NCBI GenBank assembly: GCA_047967505.1 | Contig: CM106538.1 | DNA length: 64,000 nt | Strand: one strand, 5' to 3' | DNA from: Dipteris shenzhenensis | Lineage: Eukaryota | The notes under the pieces: generated by a model | Databases searched by the model: none | What the model was told of the DNA's origin: nothing | Seen by the model: the letters and a program-made list of their open reading frames with translations, nothing else | In this document: positions 62,401 to 64,000 of the stretch, one piece after another | Layout of the letters: each line of letters starts with the position of its first letter | Position numbering within the stretch: position 1 is the stretch's first letter | Translations under genes and position numbers: made by a program

Positions 62401-64000
62401 AGGGCAGAGGCAACTGGGATTAAAGGAGAGTTCCCAGAACCAGTTAGCTCAATAAGTTTTCCCTGGTGGACAAACTGGATAGTATGGCTGCGAAAACTGA
62501 TTGATGGATCATAGTCGTAGAGCCACTGTTGTCCAAGTATGAGATCGTACCAAGAAAGAGGCATGATATCGAAGTTCAACTTGTCTGTATAATGTTGGAT
62601 GCGAAAAGACAAGTTTTTGATTCTGGTGTTGCACAAGAAGGTAGTTCCATTTGCGAGTTCAATCTGATAGTCCATGGAACGAGGACTGGTGGTCAACCGA
62701 AGTTTGTCGACCATAGAACTAGCTAGGAAGTTATGAGAGTAGCCACTGTCGATGAGGATAGTGACCGTTGTTCCACAAATCGATCCTTTAACACAAAGTA
62801 CTTGAGTGGCTAGGGAAGGTTCAGGGTTGCTGGCAAGGCTCATGTGGATGATATTTGCCATTCGAACAGCTTTGCCTTTCTTGTCTTGTGCTGGGGTAGC
62901 ATCTTCTGTTTGGGAAGTGCTAGGTTCCATATTGGAATTTTGCTTTGGTCGCTTGGGACAATCAAACCATAGATGGTCGCCTGTACAAAGTCCTTTTGTA
63001 CTGGAGTTATTCTTCTTGTCAGTGGCCGCACTTTATGTTGGGGATGACGGTGATGACTTTGTGAAGAAGAAGAGGCGCGATCCTTGGAGGAGTGCTTTTG
63101 TTGGAATCCAACATACGATTTCTGACACTGGTGGGGATCTTGAGACTGTCACTGACCTTGATTACCCGAGGTTTTTCTAAACTTGGGGTTATCTTGAGGG
63201 CGAGCACCTTTGGCCATAGTAGAGTTCTGTGTTCTATTAGCACTCTTCTTCCCGTGTTTTGAAAATCAGTAATGCGCTCTGCGTAAGCAATAGCGCCAGC
63301 TGTGGTGATGATGTTTGCTTTGAGGACATCAATGCGTAACGAGGGATTTAGGCCTGAGATGAAAGCATGAAGGCGATCATCATCAGTTAAACCATCAATC
63401 TCCAGCACCATTGTGGTGAACTGAGAGATGTAGGAAGACAGGGAGTCTGGTTGCTCCAACTATCCAAGTTTTGAACGTGCTTGGAAGTTCGCATTGGCAG
63501 GTATGAATTGCTTACGGAGCACGTGTTCAAAACGTTCCCAGGTTAACACACTTTTGCCGTCCTTTAAGCGTCGTTGCCACCATAGGAAAGCTGTATCCTT
63601 GAGGAGGGAGGCTGCCAAGGCCATCTTTTTGCCTTCAGTGAGGTCAACAGTATCAAAGTACATGCACAGTTTTGCGAGCCATTGGTCAACTGTTCGGCGA
63701 TTTCGTTGACCAGTGTAGGCTTTCGGAAGTTTAATGTCAAGTCTTTTAGTTTTGGAAGCTTGGAGTAAACAGTAGAGGGCACGGAGCTCAGTGTTTTCTA
63801 CCTTTGGTGGGAATGAGTCCACATAGTCGTTTGGTTGCGTCACGTCATCCTCTGTATGTGTGGTACTGCGAGAATCTTGGAGTTGTTGGACTTTCTGGAC
63901 CAAGTCGGAGATGCTGTCCTGAAGCTTGGAAATTTGAAGTTGAAGTAGTGCTTCGCCTTGTAAGTTGACTTCAAGGGTCTTTTTTAGACTTGAGTCGCTT
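59477..64000 (-). mobile_element. Ty3/Gypsy element inserted in the Copia RT, running off the window end
   Basis: gag 63019-63903, PR (ILIDSG) 62049-62930, RT ([14 protein letters not shown] in place of YLDD) 61295-62095, RNase H/INT 59769-61298, GPF and partial chromodomain 59503-59835, LTR-like end ...CTTACA at 59477. Confidence 0.95.

Noticed and set aside
44697-64000. Search for LRR-RLK transmembrane/kinase exons
   Set aside because: No GxGxxG, HRD or DFG-type kinase exon was seen; the recognisable coding remnants here belong to TEs.

Overview
Eukaryotic, TE-dense plant genomic DNA. A large-genome non-seed plant such as a fern is inferred from the very long TE-filled introns and the TE repertoire. 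The only intact host gene is the 5' half of a FEI-like leucine-rich-repeat receptor-like kinase on the + strand. Nine exons were traced between 26952 and 44696 (signal peptide, LRR N-cap, six 72-bp LRR exons, LRR C-cap); the TM/kinase exons were not found in the window. Its introns hold nested LTR elements, an ORF1-only LINE derivative, an RTE-X-like LINE remnant, a hAT MITE, a young chromodomain Gypsy, a Copia and another Gypsy. Upstream lie a 5'-inverted (twin-primed) L1-type LINE with a 16-bp TSD, a foldback repeat and a CACTA transposase remnant. The most unusual feature is a spliced, decayed DUF3504/Crypton-type tyrosine recombinase gene (about 7620-9897) flanked by two further decayed ORFs, possibly part of a multi-gene recombinase-mobilised element. 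All calls come from reading the sequence by eye; no searches were run.
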